DNA of 64,000 nucleotides from a virus: positions 15,357 to 79,356 of the IMG/VR virus record IMGVR_UViG_3300042567_000108. One strand, given 5' to 3'. Positions 18,626 through 26,995 of this stretch are shown in pieces. The first letter of the stretch is position 1. Each line of letters starts with the position of its first letter. The notes below the pieces were generated by a model, which was not told the DNA's origin, searched no databases, and saw nothing but the letters and a program-made list of their open reading frames with translations. The position numbers were made by a program, and so were the translations under genes.

Positions 18626-20229
18626 TGGCTAAGTATTCAGATGATGCTAAGTACGTTAGCGCCTATAATAGAGCATTAGCAGCAAGTAATAAGGCTAAAG
18701 GTTATCTTGCGGAATTAAACAAGGCTAAGCCTGGTACTCCTAAACACACAGAACTTAAGGCTAAGTATGATGCTGCTAAGGCTGCTTTTACGGCAGCAGA
18801 AGATGAGCGCATTAAGCGCAAGCAGGAAATTGATACTGCTGCAAAGAATGAAAAAGCAGATAAGACTGCCGCAAAAGAAAAGACTTCAGCAAAGGCTGAC
18901 ATTCCTCAACTTGAGTTTCAAGTACAGGCTGCTAAAAATGCTGGTGATAAGGCTGCTCAGGCTGCCGCTGAAGCGGCACTTAAGGCTGCTAAAGATAAGG
19001 CTGCTGGTATTAAACCACCTGCTCCAGATAACGAAACCGTTGTCAAAAAAGATGGGTTAGAAGAAGTAGCAAATAACAAGTTTAAAGACTACACAATTAA
19101 CAGTGATGGTTCAGTTGTTGGAAAAGGTGGAACTCGTTCGTTTTTTATTAGCGTAAAAAATGCAGATGGTACATCTACTCTGCAAGAGTATAAAAGCGTA
19201 GCCACTGCTCGTGACGCATTTCTTAAAAACTACTCAGCACCAGGTGCATTAGACAAACTAAAGCAACAGTTGCGTTCTAGAAATTACATTTCTGCATCAC
19301 AAGCAAAAAGCGATGACTGGATTCGTGGTCTTGATGACATGTTGGGTGATTACACCCGAGATGCAGTTAGTGCTGTTAAATATGCTGGTGCTAAAGAAGC
19401 ACCATTAATTGATGCATGGTTTGCTAAGGCAAGTGGTGGTTCAGGTACAGGAGAAACCAGCAAGGCTGGTACCTGGAAAGATACAGACCTTGACCTAACT
19501 ACTGTTGGCGATGCATACAGAGAAATCAATGATTACATGATTGATGCTGTAGGTAGAGAAGCAACTCAAGAAGAAAAAGCCGCTTACTATGCAGACATTA
19601 ACAAGCGTGAGAAAGCATCAGCAGTTAAGACGGTTGACGTGCGAGATGCAACTGGAAAGATTACAAACACTACACGCACAGGCGAGTTTGTTACACAAGA
19701 AGAACGCCTTAACGCTAAGAACGCTATTGTTATTAATGCCCTAAAGGGCACAGATGCAGGTGAACTACTTAAGGCTGCTAAGGGCAGCCAAGTTGCTATT
19801 CAGATTGGTGCACTGCAAAAGGCTAGTGCCGAATACGGACAGCCAATATCTGCTGGCGAAGCACTTAAATATGTCATTGATGGCGGTCCTGAAAAGGATT
19901 CAATTAAAAAGCAAACAGAACGTATGCGTCTTAACGCTATGACTATGTACGGAAACCTTAAAGACCACATCAGAGATGGTGGAAATGTTAAGGACATTGC
20001 AGACCAGTACGCTTTAATTAAGGCTAAGAAACTAGGTATACCTGTAACAGATGCGTTTAATGATAAAGATGTTAAAGCAGCATTAACTAAAGACGGTGGT
20101 CTTATGAGCACCGCAGAGTTCGCAAGACAGATGCAAGCAAACCCACTATGGCGTCAGACAGATGAAGCACGAGATATTGCTTCTGACTTTGCTAACACCA
20201 TACTTAAGTCGTTTGGATTCATGGGCTAA
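18625..20229 (+). CDS. Internal virion protein
   Basis: Ala/Lys-rich coiled N-terminus; C-terminus homologous to 59578..60435. Confidence 0.55.
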   Translation: MAKYSDDAKYVSAYNRALAASNKAKGYLAELNKAKPGTPKHTELKAKYDAAKAAFTAAEDERIKRKQEIDTAAKNEKADKTAAKEKTSAKADIPQLEFQVQAAKNAGDKAAQAAAEAALKAAKDKAAGIKPPAPDNETVVKKDGLEEVANNKFKDYTINSDGSVVGKGGTRSFFISVKNADGTSTLQEYKSVATARDAFLKNYSAPGALDKLKQQLRSRNYISASQAKSDDWIRGLDDMLGDYTRDAVSAVKYAGAKEAPLIDAWFAKASGGSGTGETSKAGTWKDTDLDLTTVGDAYREINDYMIDAVGREATQEEKAAYYADINKREKASAVKTVDVRDATGKITNTTRTGEFVTQEERLNAKNAIVINALKGTDAGELLKAAKGSQVAIQIGALQKASAEYGQPISAGEALKYVIDGGPEKDSIKKQTERMRLNAMTMYGNLKDHIRDGGNVKDIADQYALIKAKKLGIPVTDAFNDKDVKAALTKDGGLMSTAEFARQMQANPLWRQTDEARDIASDFANTILKSFGFMG

Positions 20230-21527
20230 TGGCGCGTAAAGATAAAGATACAGGTATCGTTAAACCTACTCCAGTAATTGTTGATGAAAGAACAAAGGCT
20301 GCGGGTATGCGTGCTGCTGCAGCAAGCGCAGCCACAATGGAAACAAAAATTGCTGCTATGTCTCCTGCTGCTCGTGCGGCTGCTGCCGCATCTAAGGCTA
20401 GTTGGACTGCAGACCTTGACCCATATACAACGGCTATTGTTCCTGGTACTGGATTAACTCAAGCACAAATTGACACACGTAAATCTGCTGCTGGTGTATC
20501 TGCAAGCATTAACGAATCTTATGGCAGTCTTGGTATTAAGTCTACTGTTGACCCGCTTACTGGAAAAATTACTACAAAATCTCCAACAGGTGAAGACCTT
20601 GGAAGTCCTAGTCCTATTGAAGAAAAAAAGATTATAGAAGAAAAAAAGATTGTAGAACCAGAAAAGAAAGAAATTAGCGATGCTACTCGTGATGCGTTTG
20701 CTGCTCTTAAAGACTTGTTTGCATCATATGGGCTTGAAAGTTTAGCAGGTGAAATTTCTGATTACATGGCACAAGGACTTACAGCAGGTGAGGCTTTGAT
20801 TAAGTTAAAGACTAACCCTAGTGGCGCTTATGCTAAGCGTTTTGCTGGTAACTTTGCTCGCGTAAAGAATGGTCTTAATGCTATTTCTGAGGCTGCATAT
20901 ATTGGTCTTGAAAACTCATACGCTTCAACACTTAAAGCATATGGTTTAGGTAACATGGTTAGCCTTAATCGTGACGACAATTACAAAAAGTTTGCTGACT
21001 ATATTGCAGGAGACATATCTGCCGATGAGTTTAAGGACCGCGTAGACACAGTTGTTACCCGTGTACAAAATGCAGATGCATCAATTAAGTCAACACTTAA
21101 GGCTTTTTATCCTGAGATTACTGATGCTGACCTAATTGGTTACTTCCTTAATCCAAAGGAAAACTTGCCTAAGTTGCAGGAAAAGGTAACGGCATCTGAA
21201 ATTGGTGCTGCTGCTACAGGTATGGGTCTTGCTACAAATGTAGGAACAGCAACTGACCTTGCTAAATACGGTGTAGACCAGAAAGAAGCCCGTGAGGGTT
21301 ACTCAACTATTGCTGGCATATTGCCAACTGCTACAAAACTTGGTGATATTTACAATCAGGCTGGCGTTAAATACGCACAGGCTGAGGGTGAAGCCGAAGT
21401 ATTTAAGGGTAATCAAGATGCAGCAACTAAGCGTAAGCGCTTAGCCTCTATGGAACGTGCCGCTTTTAGCGGCAGTTCTGGTACAGGACAGTCAAGCCTA
21501 ACAAGAAGTACACAAGGCTTACTCTAA
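20229..21527 (+). CDS. Internal virion protein
   Basis: C-terminal two-thirds homologous to 60435..61829 (RVQNAD, ASEIG, ILPTA.KL.DIY). Confidence 0.6.
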   Translation: MARKDKDTGIVKPTPVIVDERTKAAGMRAAAASAATMETKIAAMSPAARAAAAASKASWTADLDPYTTAIVPGTGLTQAQIDTRKSAAGVSASINESYGSLGIKSTVDPLTGKITTKSPTGEDLGSPSPIEEKKIIEEKKIVEPEKKEISDATRDAFAALKDLFASYGLESLAGEISDYMAQGLTAGEALIKLKTNPSGAYAKRFAGNFARVKNGLNAISEAAYIGLENSYASTLKAYGLGNMVSLNRDDNYKKFADYIAGDISADEFKDRVDTVVTRVQNADASIKSTLKAFYPEITDADLIGYFLNPKENLPKLQEKVTASEIGAAATGMGLATNVGTATDLAKYGVDQKEAREGYSTIAGILPTATKLGDIYNQAGVKYAQAEGEAEVFKGNQDAATKRKRLASMERAAFSGSSGTGQSSLTRSTQGLL

Positions 21528-21531
21528 AAAA

Positions 21532-21625
21532 TAGAATCCAGAGCGGACCCACCAGCCCCGCCTGCGTATAAGACTGGTAGCAGAAGCCAGACGGTATTCC
21601 CCAATGCCGAACCTGTGGTCTGCGA
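21532..21625 (+). ncRNA. Candidate structured cis-regulatory RNA in the scaffold leader, copy A
   Basis: Pseudoknot plus nested stem; compensatory changes versus 61827..61917. Confidence 0.65.
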
Positions 21626-21655
21626 TTCAACTAATGAGATGGGAGAACGGTTGCT

Positions 21656-22129
21656 ATGAGCAACAACTACTGGGACGAAGACGAAGACGACATCGATACA
21701 ACTCCAAACACTGATGAAGGTGCAATGAAACAATTGCGCAAGGCTAAGCGTGCGGATGAAAAGCGTATCAAGGAGTTAACCGAGCAACTTGAGACATTCA
21801 CAAAAGCGCAACGTGAAGCGGTTATCAAGAAAGTCCTAGAAACAAAAGGCGTAAGTCCTAAAGCGGCACGATTAGTAGCACGAGAGATTGAAGGCGACTT
21901 CACAGAAGAGACAGTTTCTAACTGGCTTGATGATAACGCTGATGTCTTTGGGCTACAAGTGCAGCAGGAACAGCCTGCAAACACCCTTGACCGTGCTGCA
22001 TTGCGTCAGCAGGACATGGTAACACAGCAGGCGATGACGCCTGATGCCGACCAAAATCTGGCATACCAAGTAGACAACGCTTCGGAAGAAGAACTACTTG
22101 CCATGATTTATTCAGGCAAAATTAATTAA
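21656..22129 (+). CDS. Capsid scaffolding protein
   Basis: Acidic N-terminus, coiled coil LRKAKRADEKRIKELTEQLE, directly upstream of the capsid gene. Confidence 0.75.
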   Translation: MSNNYWDEDEDDIDTTPNTDEGAMKQLRKAKRADEKRIKELTEQLETFTKAQREAVIKKVLETKGVSPKAARLVAREIEGDFTEETVSNWLDDNADVFGLQVQQEQPANTLDRAALRQQDMVTQQAMTPDADQNLAYQVDNASEEELLAMIYSGKIN

Positions 22130-22169
22130 CAACAACCGAATCTAATACCCTCATAAGGAGGTGCAATAA

Positions 22170-23366
22170 ATGGCTAATGCATATACAACCACAGGCTCCA
22201 ACTCGCTTGGAGGTACCGTTGGTGGTGCTGGTCTCGTACAAAAGGCGTATGACCGTCTTGTCGAGTTCGCACTCCGTGCACAACCACTAATCCGTTCAGT
22301 TGCCGATAAGACACCTGCACGTCAAAGCATCCCTGGTTCATCAGTTGTTTTGCAGCGTTATGTTGACTTGACAAAGAAGACAGCAACACTCACAGAAACA
22401 GTTGACCCAGATGCAGTAGCGTTGGCAACACCAACCTACACAACAATTACTCTTGCAGAGTATGGTAACGCAGTACTTGTAACACGTGCGTTGGAACTAT
22501 TCAGCCTTGCTGATGTAGACCCAGCAATCGCTAACATTATTGCGTTCAACATGGCAGACTCAATTGACGAAGTTGCTCAGACAGTGCTACGCGCTGGAAC
22601 AAACGTACTTCGTGGCGGAACTGCTACATCTCGCGGAACAATTACATCATCTGATGTATTTACTTCAGCACTTGCACGTAAGGCAACTGCAAAGTTGCGT
22701 TCTGAAAAGGCTATCCCTCGCAAGGGTTCACTATACTGGGCTGGTATCCACCCAGAAGTTTCACATGACCTTCGCGCCGAAACAGGCGTAGGTTCATGGC
22801 GTCAGCCACACGAGTATCAGTCAAATGATGCTATCTGGGCAGGCGAAATTGGTACATACGAAGGTGCTTTCTATGTAGAGTCACCACGTCTGTACTCAGA
22901 CAAGTTAGGTGCAGACCGCACAGCACTTGCAACTACAGCAGTAACTGTAGCAGCAGCATCAGCAGCAACATCATTTGGTATTGCTTCTTCTTCTGCTATC
23001 GCTACATCTGCACAGCCAGGAGATAAGATTTCAGGAACAGGCATTGCGTCTGGTTCTCTTATCGTATCTATTACAACAGATGGTTCAACATCAACAGTTA
23101 CTGTTGATACACCATTCTCTGCTGCAGTCACATCGACTACAACAATCACTGTTACACCTGAGACAAAGGTATTCAATACCTACTTCGCAGGACAGCAGGC
23201 ATTGGCTGAGGCAGTTGCCGAAGAGCCACACGTTGTAATCGGACCTGTCGTTGACAAGTTGATGCGTCACCGTCCACTCGGATGGTACGGCGTACTTGGT
23301 CACGCTATCTACCGTGAAGAGGCGCTTTACCGCGTTGAGACTTCTTCATCAATTGACTTTGTGTAA
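22170..23366 (+). CDS. Major capsid protein (N4-gp56-like) with Ser/Thr-rich insertion
   Basis: EYGNAV, IHPEVSHDLR, GEIGTYEG and DKLMR..GWYG motifs; AGGAGG RBS. Confidence 0.9.
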   Translation: MANAYTTTGSNSLGGTVGGAGLVQKAYDRLVEFALRAQPLIRSVADKTPARQSIPGSSVVLQRYVDLTKKTATLTETVDPDAVALATPTYTTITLAEYGNAVLVTRALELFSLADVDPAIANIIAFNMADSIDEVAQTVLRAGTNVLRGGTATSRGTITSSDVFTSALARKATAKLRSEKAIPRKGSLYWAGIHPEVSHDLRAETGVGSWRQPHEYQSNDAIWAGEIGTYEGAFYVESPRLYSDKLGADRTALATTAVTVAAASAATSFGIASSSAIATSAQPGDKISGTGIASGSLIVSITTDGSTSTVTVDTPFSAAVTSTTTITVTPETKVFNTYFAGQQALAEAVAEEPHVVIGPVVDKLMRHRPLGWYGVLGHAIYREEALYRVETSSSIDFV

Positions 23367-23370
23367 GCAA

Positions 23371-23428
23371 TAGTTAACTGACGACAGAGCAGGGGCAGCA
23401 ATGTCCCTGCTTTGTAGTAAGTCAACTA
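23371..23428 (+). ncRNA. Conserved post-capsid hairpin, copy A
   Basis: TAGTTAACTGAC..long stem, GCAA loop..GTAAGTCAACTA; homolog at 63655..63706. Confidence 0.55.
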
Positions 23429-23437
23429 AGGAGACTA

Positions 23438-23698
23438 ATGACTAAGTATTACTTAAATCCTCCTACGGAGGAATACGGTCCAGCAGGCGGTGGACGTTTG
23501 TTTATCCGCTATCGCTTGACACGAGGCATCAGTCTTATGCGCAACAACGGCGTTTGGTCTGAGATTAGATTCCCTACTGAAGACATCATAAGAGAAGCCG
23601 ACAAGTTTTATCTTGGCGGTAGTGAATATGAAATTGATTTAGGTACATATGATTCCTTGGTAGCACAAGGGTACGGGGCATACGTAAGGACGGAATAA
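23438..23698 (+). CDS. Small virion-associated protein
   Basis: Homologous to 63718..63987 (LTRGIS, YLGGS). Confidence 0.7.
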   Translation: MTKYYLNPPTEEYGPAGGGRLFIRYRLTRGISLMRNNGVWSEIRFPTEDIIREADKFYLGGSEYEIDLGTYDSLVAQGYGAYVRTE

Positions 23699-24141
23699 TG
23701 GAGCATCAGCATATTAGCAAGGTGCTTGAATGGGGATTCAGTGCAGACCACAACTTTGAAGTAGCCCTATGGGGTTGCGTGTTGTGCGACATAACATCAG
23801 ATAAACCATTTGAGTATGAAGAAATTTCAATTGACCACACTCAGTGTGATGATGATTGTTTTGGTTGCAAGGCTAAAGGTTTGCAACTAGCAACAGGAGA
23901 TGCAGCAGGCAACATTGTTGCTAGCGGTACTACTCAGAAAAAATGGGACAAAGAGTTGGCTTTCTATAAAGAGGCTAGAGCACAAGGGGTACAACCTGAA
24001 GGCACTTCTCGCAAGGCTATAGAAAAGGCATTAGATGCATCAGCGGTTTTAAACAAACCTTACAATGCCGAAAAGATGCCTAAAGCCAAAGATGTAACTA
24101 AAGAAACCGTAGCAGTAATGAAAGAGATAGGTCAAATCTAA
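23698..24141 (+). CDS. Hypothetical protein with Cys motifs
   Basis: CFGCK..KKWDKEL..Y..AR.QG.QP.GT. Confidence 0.65.
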   Translation: MEHQHISKVLEWGFSADHNFEVALWGCVLCDITSDKPFEYEEISIDHTQCDDDCFGCKAKGLQLATGDAAGNIVASGTTQKKWDKELAFYKEARAQGVQPEGTSRKAIEKALDASAVLNKPYNAEKMPKAKDVTKETVAVMKEIGQI

Positions 24142-24347
24142 TGGCAGCAAAAAAGAAGGCAGCCTCAATGTCAATGAAAAAAGACATGAAGCAAGATGCA
24201 AAGATGATGAAGGGCATGAAGCCAGCGCAGAAGTCCGCCTTCAAGAAGGCTGACAAAAAGATGGATGCTAAGCGACCTACCGCTAAAGCAGACATGCGTA
24301 TGGACATGGCTCTTCGCAAGCGTATTATGGCAAAGAAGGGTAAGTAA
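24141..24347 (+). CDS. Lys/Met-rich basic microprotein
   Basis: Translationally coupled; extreme K/M content. Confidence 0.7.
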   Translation: MAAKKKAASMSMKKDMKQDAKMMKGMKPAQKSAFKKADKKMDAKRPTAKADMRMDMALRKRIMAKKGK

Positions 24348-24349
24348 TT

Positions 24350-24544
24350 ATGTGCACAGCATGTGGATGTAAGGATACAGCAGTAACTATTGACGCACCA
24401 GTGCGTAACAGTACAAAGCCAGCAGCAGGAGCAATCCCTGGCTACACACAGGGTTCATCAATTGGTGGACAAGAACTTCATCGCTCAGATGCAAGTGTCA
24501 TTAAGGGTTGGAATGTTCCAGCACCATACGGAAAAGGAAAGTAA
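24350..24544 (+). CDS. Small protein starting MCTACGC
   Basis: ORF in operon. Confidence 0.6.
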   Translation: MCTACGCKDTAVTIDAPVRNSTKPAAGAIPGYTQGSSIGGQELHRSDASVIKGWNVPAPYGKGK

Positions 24545-24546
24545 CA

Positions 24547-24780
24547 ATGGCTAACGAATACATGAAATCAAATGAGACAGCAGCAGGTCTTGTTATTCCT
24601 GCAAAGGTACGTAAGGCTGCAACAGATACATCATCTGTAAACAAGGCTCAGTTTATGGGCGGAGTAGGTCCAGCAGTAGCACCTATGTCAGCACCACGCT
24701 CAGGCAAGGGTACACCTAACGGACCTGCACAGGTTATCAAGGGTGTGTACACACAGCCTGAAGGCGGACGCAGACCGTAA
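24547..24780 (+). CDS. Small basic protein
   Basis: Start MANEYMK with AAGGA RBS. Confidence 0.6.
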   Translation: MANEYMKSNETAAGLVIPAKVRKAATDTSSVNKAQFMGGVGPAVAPMSAPRSGKGTPNGPAQVIKGVYTQPEGGRRP

Positions 24781-24926
24781 TGGCTACCGCTAAGAAAGCA
24801 GTTGCAAAAGGTTCAGTTGCTAAGACATTTGATGTAAACAAACTAAAGCCAAAGATGACTCCGCAAGATAGGGCAATGCTTAAAATCTTGCAGAACAAAT
24901 ATGGCAAAGACGTTTATAAAGGATAA
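24780..24926 (+). CDS. Basic microprotein (48 aa, not in ORF track)
   Basis: MATAKKAVAKGSVAKTFDVNKLKPK...; TAATG coupling. Confidence 0.65.
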   Translation: MATAKKAVAKGSVAKTFDVNKLKPKMTPQDRAMLKILQNKYGKDVYKG

Positions 24927-24928
24927 CA

Positions 24929-25084
24929 ATGGCAAAGGGCATGGGCTTCAAAGCCGCACAAAAGAGCATCGCAAAGAAGAGCGGTGTATCAATGAAGTCT
25001 GCTGGTGCAATCCTCGCATCCTCTACACGCAAGGCAAGCCCAGCAGCAAAGAAAAAGAATCCGAATCTGAAGAAGGTTAAGTAA
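24929..25084 (+). CDS. Basic microprotein (51 aa, not in ORF track)
   Basis: MAKGMGFKAAQKSIAKKSG...KKKNPNLKKVK; TAATG coupling to the next gene. Confidence 0.7.
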   Translation: MAKGMGFKAAQKSIAKKSGVSMKSAGAILASSTRKASPAAKKKNPNLKKVK

Positions 25085-25341
25085 TGACAGACCCTAGACT
25101 AAAGCGAGCAGGAGTGTCAGGTTTTAATAAGCCTAAGCGCACACCAAACCACCCAAAGAAAAGCCACGTAGTTGTGGCTAAAGAAGGTAGTACGGTCAAG
25201 ACTATTCGCTTTGGTCAACAGGGCGTTACTGGTGACCGTCAGCCAAGTAAGCGACAGGCTTCATTTAAAGCCCGTCATGCTAAGAACATTGCTAAGGGCA
25301 AGATGTCGGCTGCATACTGGGCGGATAGAGTCAAATGGTAG
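25084..25341 (+). CDS. Basic conserved phage protein
   Basis: IRFGQQG..SFKARH..SAAYWA..W pattern. Confidence 0.7.
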   Translation: MTDPRLKRAGVSGFNKPKRTPNHPKKSHVVVAKEGSTVKTIRFGQQGVTGDRQPSKRQASFKARHAKNIAKGKMSAAYWADRVKW

Positions 25342-25517
25342 CAAAGAAAAAATCCACAGTTAACTCTGCTGGTAATTACACAAAGCCCGCTATGCGTGCT
25401 TCTTTGTTTAAGAAAATCAAGGCTGGCTCTAAGGGTGGAGACCCTGGTGAGTGGTCTGCTCGTAAGGCTCAGTTGCTTGCTACTCAATACAAAAAAGCAG
25501 GCGGAGGCTACAAGTAA
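25335..25517 (+). CDS. Basic protein, DUF5872-like N-terminal part
   Basis: NYTKP..GSKGG.PGEWSARKAQLLA..YKKAGGGYK. Confidence 0.6.
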   Translation: MVAKKKSTVNSAGNYTKPAMRASLFKKIKAGSKGGDPGEWSARKAQLLATQYKKAGGGYK

Positions 25518-25753
25518 TGGCACTAGCCAAATCACAAGAGTCACTTAAAAAGTGGACTGCACAAAAATGGAAGACTTCTGATGGCAAACCATCTAAAGGC
25601 AAGAAAAGATATTTGCCAGAAAAAGCATGGAGTTCTTTGACTGCTGCAGAAAAAGCAGCAACTAATAAAGCCAAGGCTTCAGGTAATGCAAAGGGCAAAC
25701 AGTTTGTAAAACAACCTAAGCCTATTGCTAAAAAAACAGCAAAATACAGATAA
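25517..25753 (+). CDS. Basic protein, DUF5872-like C-terminal part
   Basis: QESLKKWT.QKW.T..RYLPEKAW..L..EK.ATN.AK..GKQFV. Confidence 0.6.
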   Translation: MALAKSQESLKKWTAQKWKTSDGKPSKGKKRYLPEKAWSSLTAAEKAATNKAKASGNAKGKQFVKQPKPIAKKTAKYR

Positions 25754-25761
25754 GGTAGATA

Positions 25762-26094
25762 ATGACAGTATATGGAACTGCAACTTACAATGGTACTAGT
25801 TATACCCTGTATGGTTTTCCTGGGTCTACACTTCGTGACGAACTCAATCGCCTTGCTAATGGCGGGGAGTATCCACCGCTTACAGAATACAAAGATGAAG
25901 ACGGAGCGGTTAACGACTGGGTTGGAACACCAGCAGGTACACCTCTAGCATCTGCTCTTAATCTTAAGTCTGACCCTAATCGTGCATACACGGCATACAA
26001 GGGCAACAACGCTGCTGCATGCGAAATTGCTGGTATTACAGACCCAGCCAAATACATTGAAATTGTTACCGCACTAAGAACGGTTGCTTCCTAA
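25762..26094 (+). CDS. Virion-associated hypothetical protein
   Basis: ELNRLANGG.YP; coupled to the next gene. Confidence 0.6.
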   Translation: MTVYGTATYNGTSYTLYGFPGSTLRDELNRLANGGEYPPLTEYKDEDGAVNDWVGTPAGTPLASALNLKSDPNRAYTAYKGNNAAACEIAGITDPAKYIEIVTALRTVAS

Positions 26095-26987
26095 TGACAA
26101 CACTAGACAATTTAATTGATGATGTACAGATAGACCTTGCAGGTTTTACGTACCGTCAAGACAGAGTAACTTACCTAGTATCTGCTGCTACCAGTTCAGA
26201 CCTAGTACTCAATGTTGCTACCACCGACAATATTGCCAAAGGCATTATTGAAATTGACAATGAAATGATGTGGGTAGATTCTTATGACCGTCAAGCAAAT
26301 ACTGTTACTATCGCTCCTTTTGGTCGCGGATACAATGGCACTACTCCTACTGCTCACGCTACTAACACAAAAGTAGTTATTACCCCTACCTTTCCACGTC
26401 AAGTGGTTAAGCGTGCAGTCAACGATACAATTGGTGCAGTATACCCAAAGGTATTTGCAACTGGATATACAGGCGTAACATTTTTGGCTAGCCGCACAAC
26501 ATACGCAGTACCACAAGAAGCAATTCAAATTCTTTCAATGGCATGGCAATCAGTAGGACCAACAAAGGAATGGTTACCAGTTCGTCAATGGCGTTGGGAC
26601 CCTATTGCTTATCCATCAGCATTTCCTACAGGCAGAACTGTATCAATCTATGACAACGTACTTCCAGGTCGTACTATAAATATTGTTTACTCACACATGC
26701 CAGTTGCATTAGAAAATGATTCAGATGATTTTGAGACTGTATCGGGACTACCATCTTCAATGAGAGATGTAATTATATATGGCGCTGCATGGCGTTTATC
26801 CTCATACCTTGACCCAGCACGTAACTCTATTACTACACCAGCATCAGATGAACTTGACACCAAGCGTCCATATGGCACAGGCACCACAGTAACAAGAAAC
26901 TTACAGACGTTGTATTTACAACGCCTTGAAGAAGAATCCCTGAAGCAGAAACTTCAGTTCCCTACCCGCGTCCACTATTCACGATAG
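26094..26987 (+). CDS. Head-tail adaptor / tail tubular protein A-like
   Basis: Position and size; GLPSSMRDVIIYGAAWRL helix typical of adaptors. Confidence 0.55.
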   Translation: MTTLDNLIDDVQIDLAGFTYRQDRVTYLVSAATSSDLVLNVATTDNIAKGIIEIDNEMMWVDSYDRQANTVTIAPFGRGYNGTTPTAHATNTKVVITPTFPRQVVKRAVNDTIGAVYPKVFATGYTGVTFLASRTTYAVPQEAIQILSMAWQSVGPTKEWLPVRQWRWDPIAYPSAFPTGRTVSIYDNVLPGRTINIVYSHMPVALENDSDDFETVSGLPSSMRDVIIYGAAWRLSSYLDPARNSITTPASDELDTKRPYGTGTTVTRNLQTLYLQRLEEESLKQKLQFPTRVHYSR

Positions 26988-26995
26988 GCGAATAA

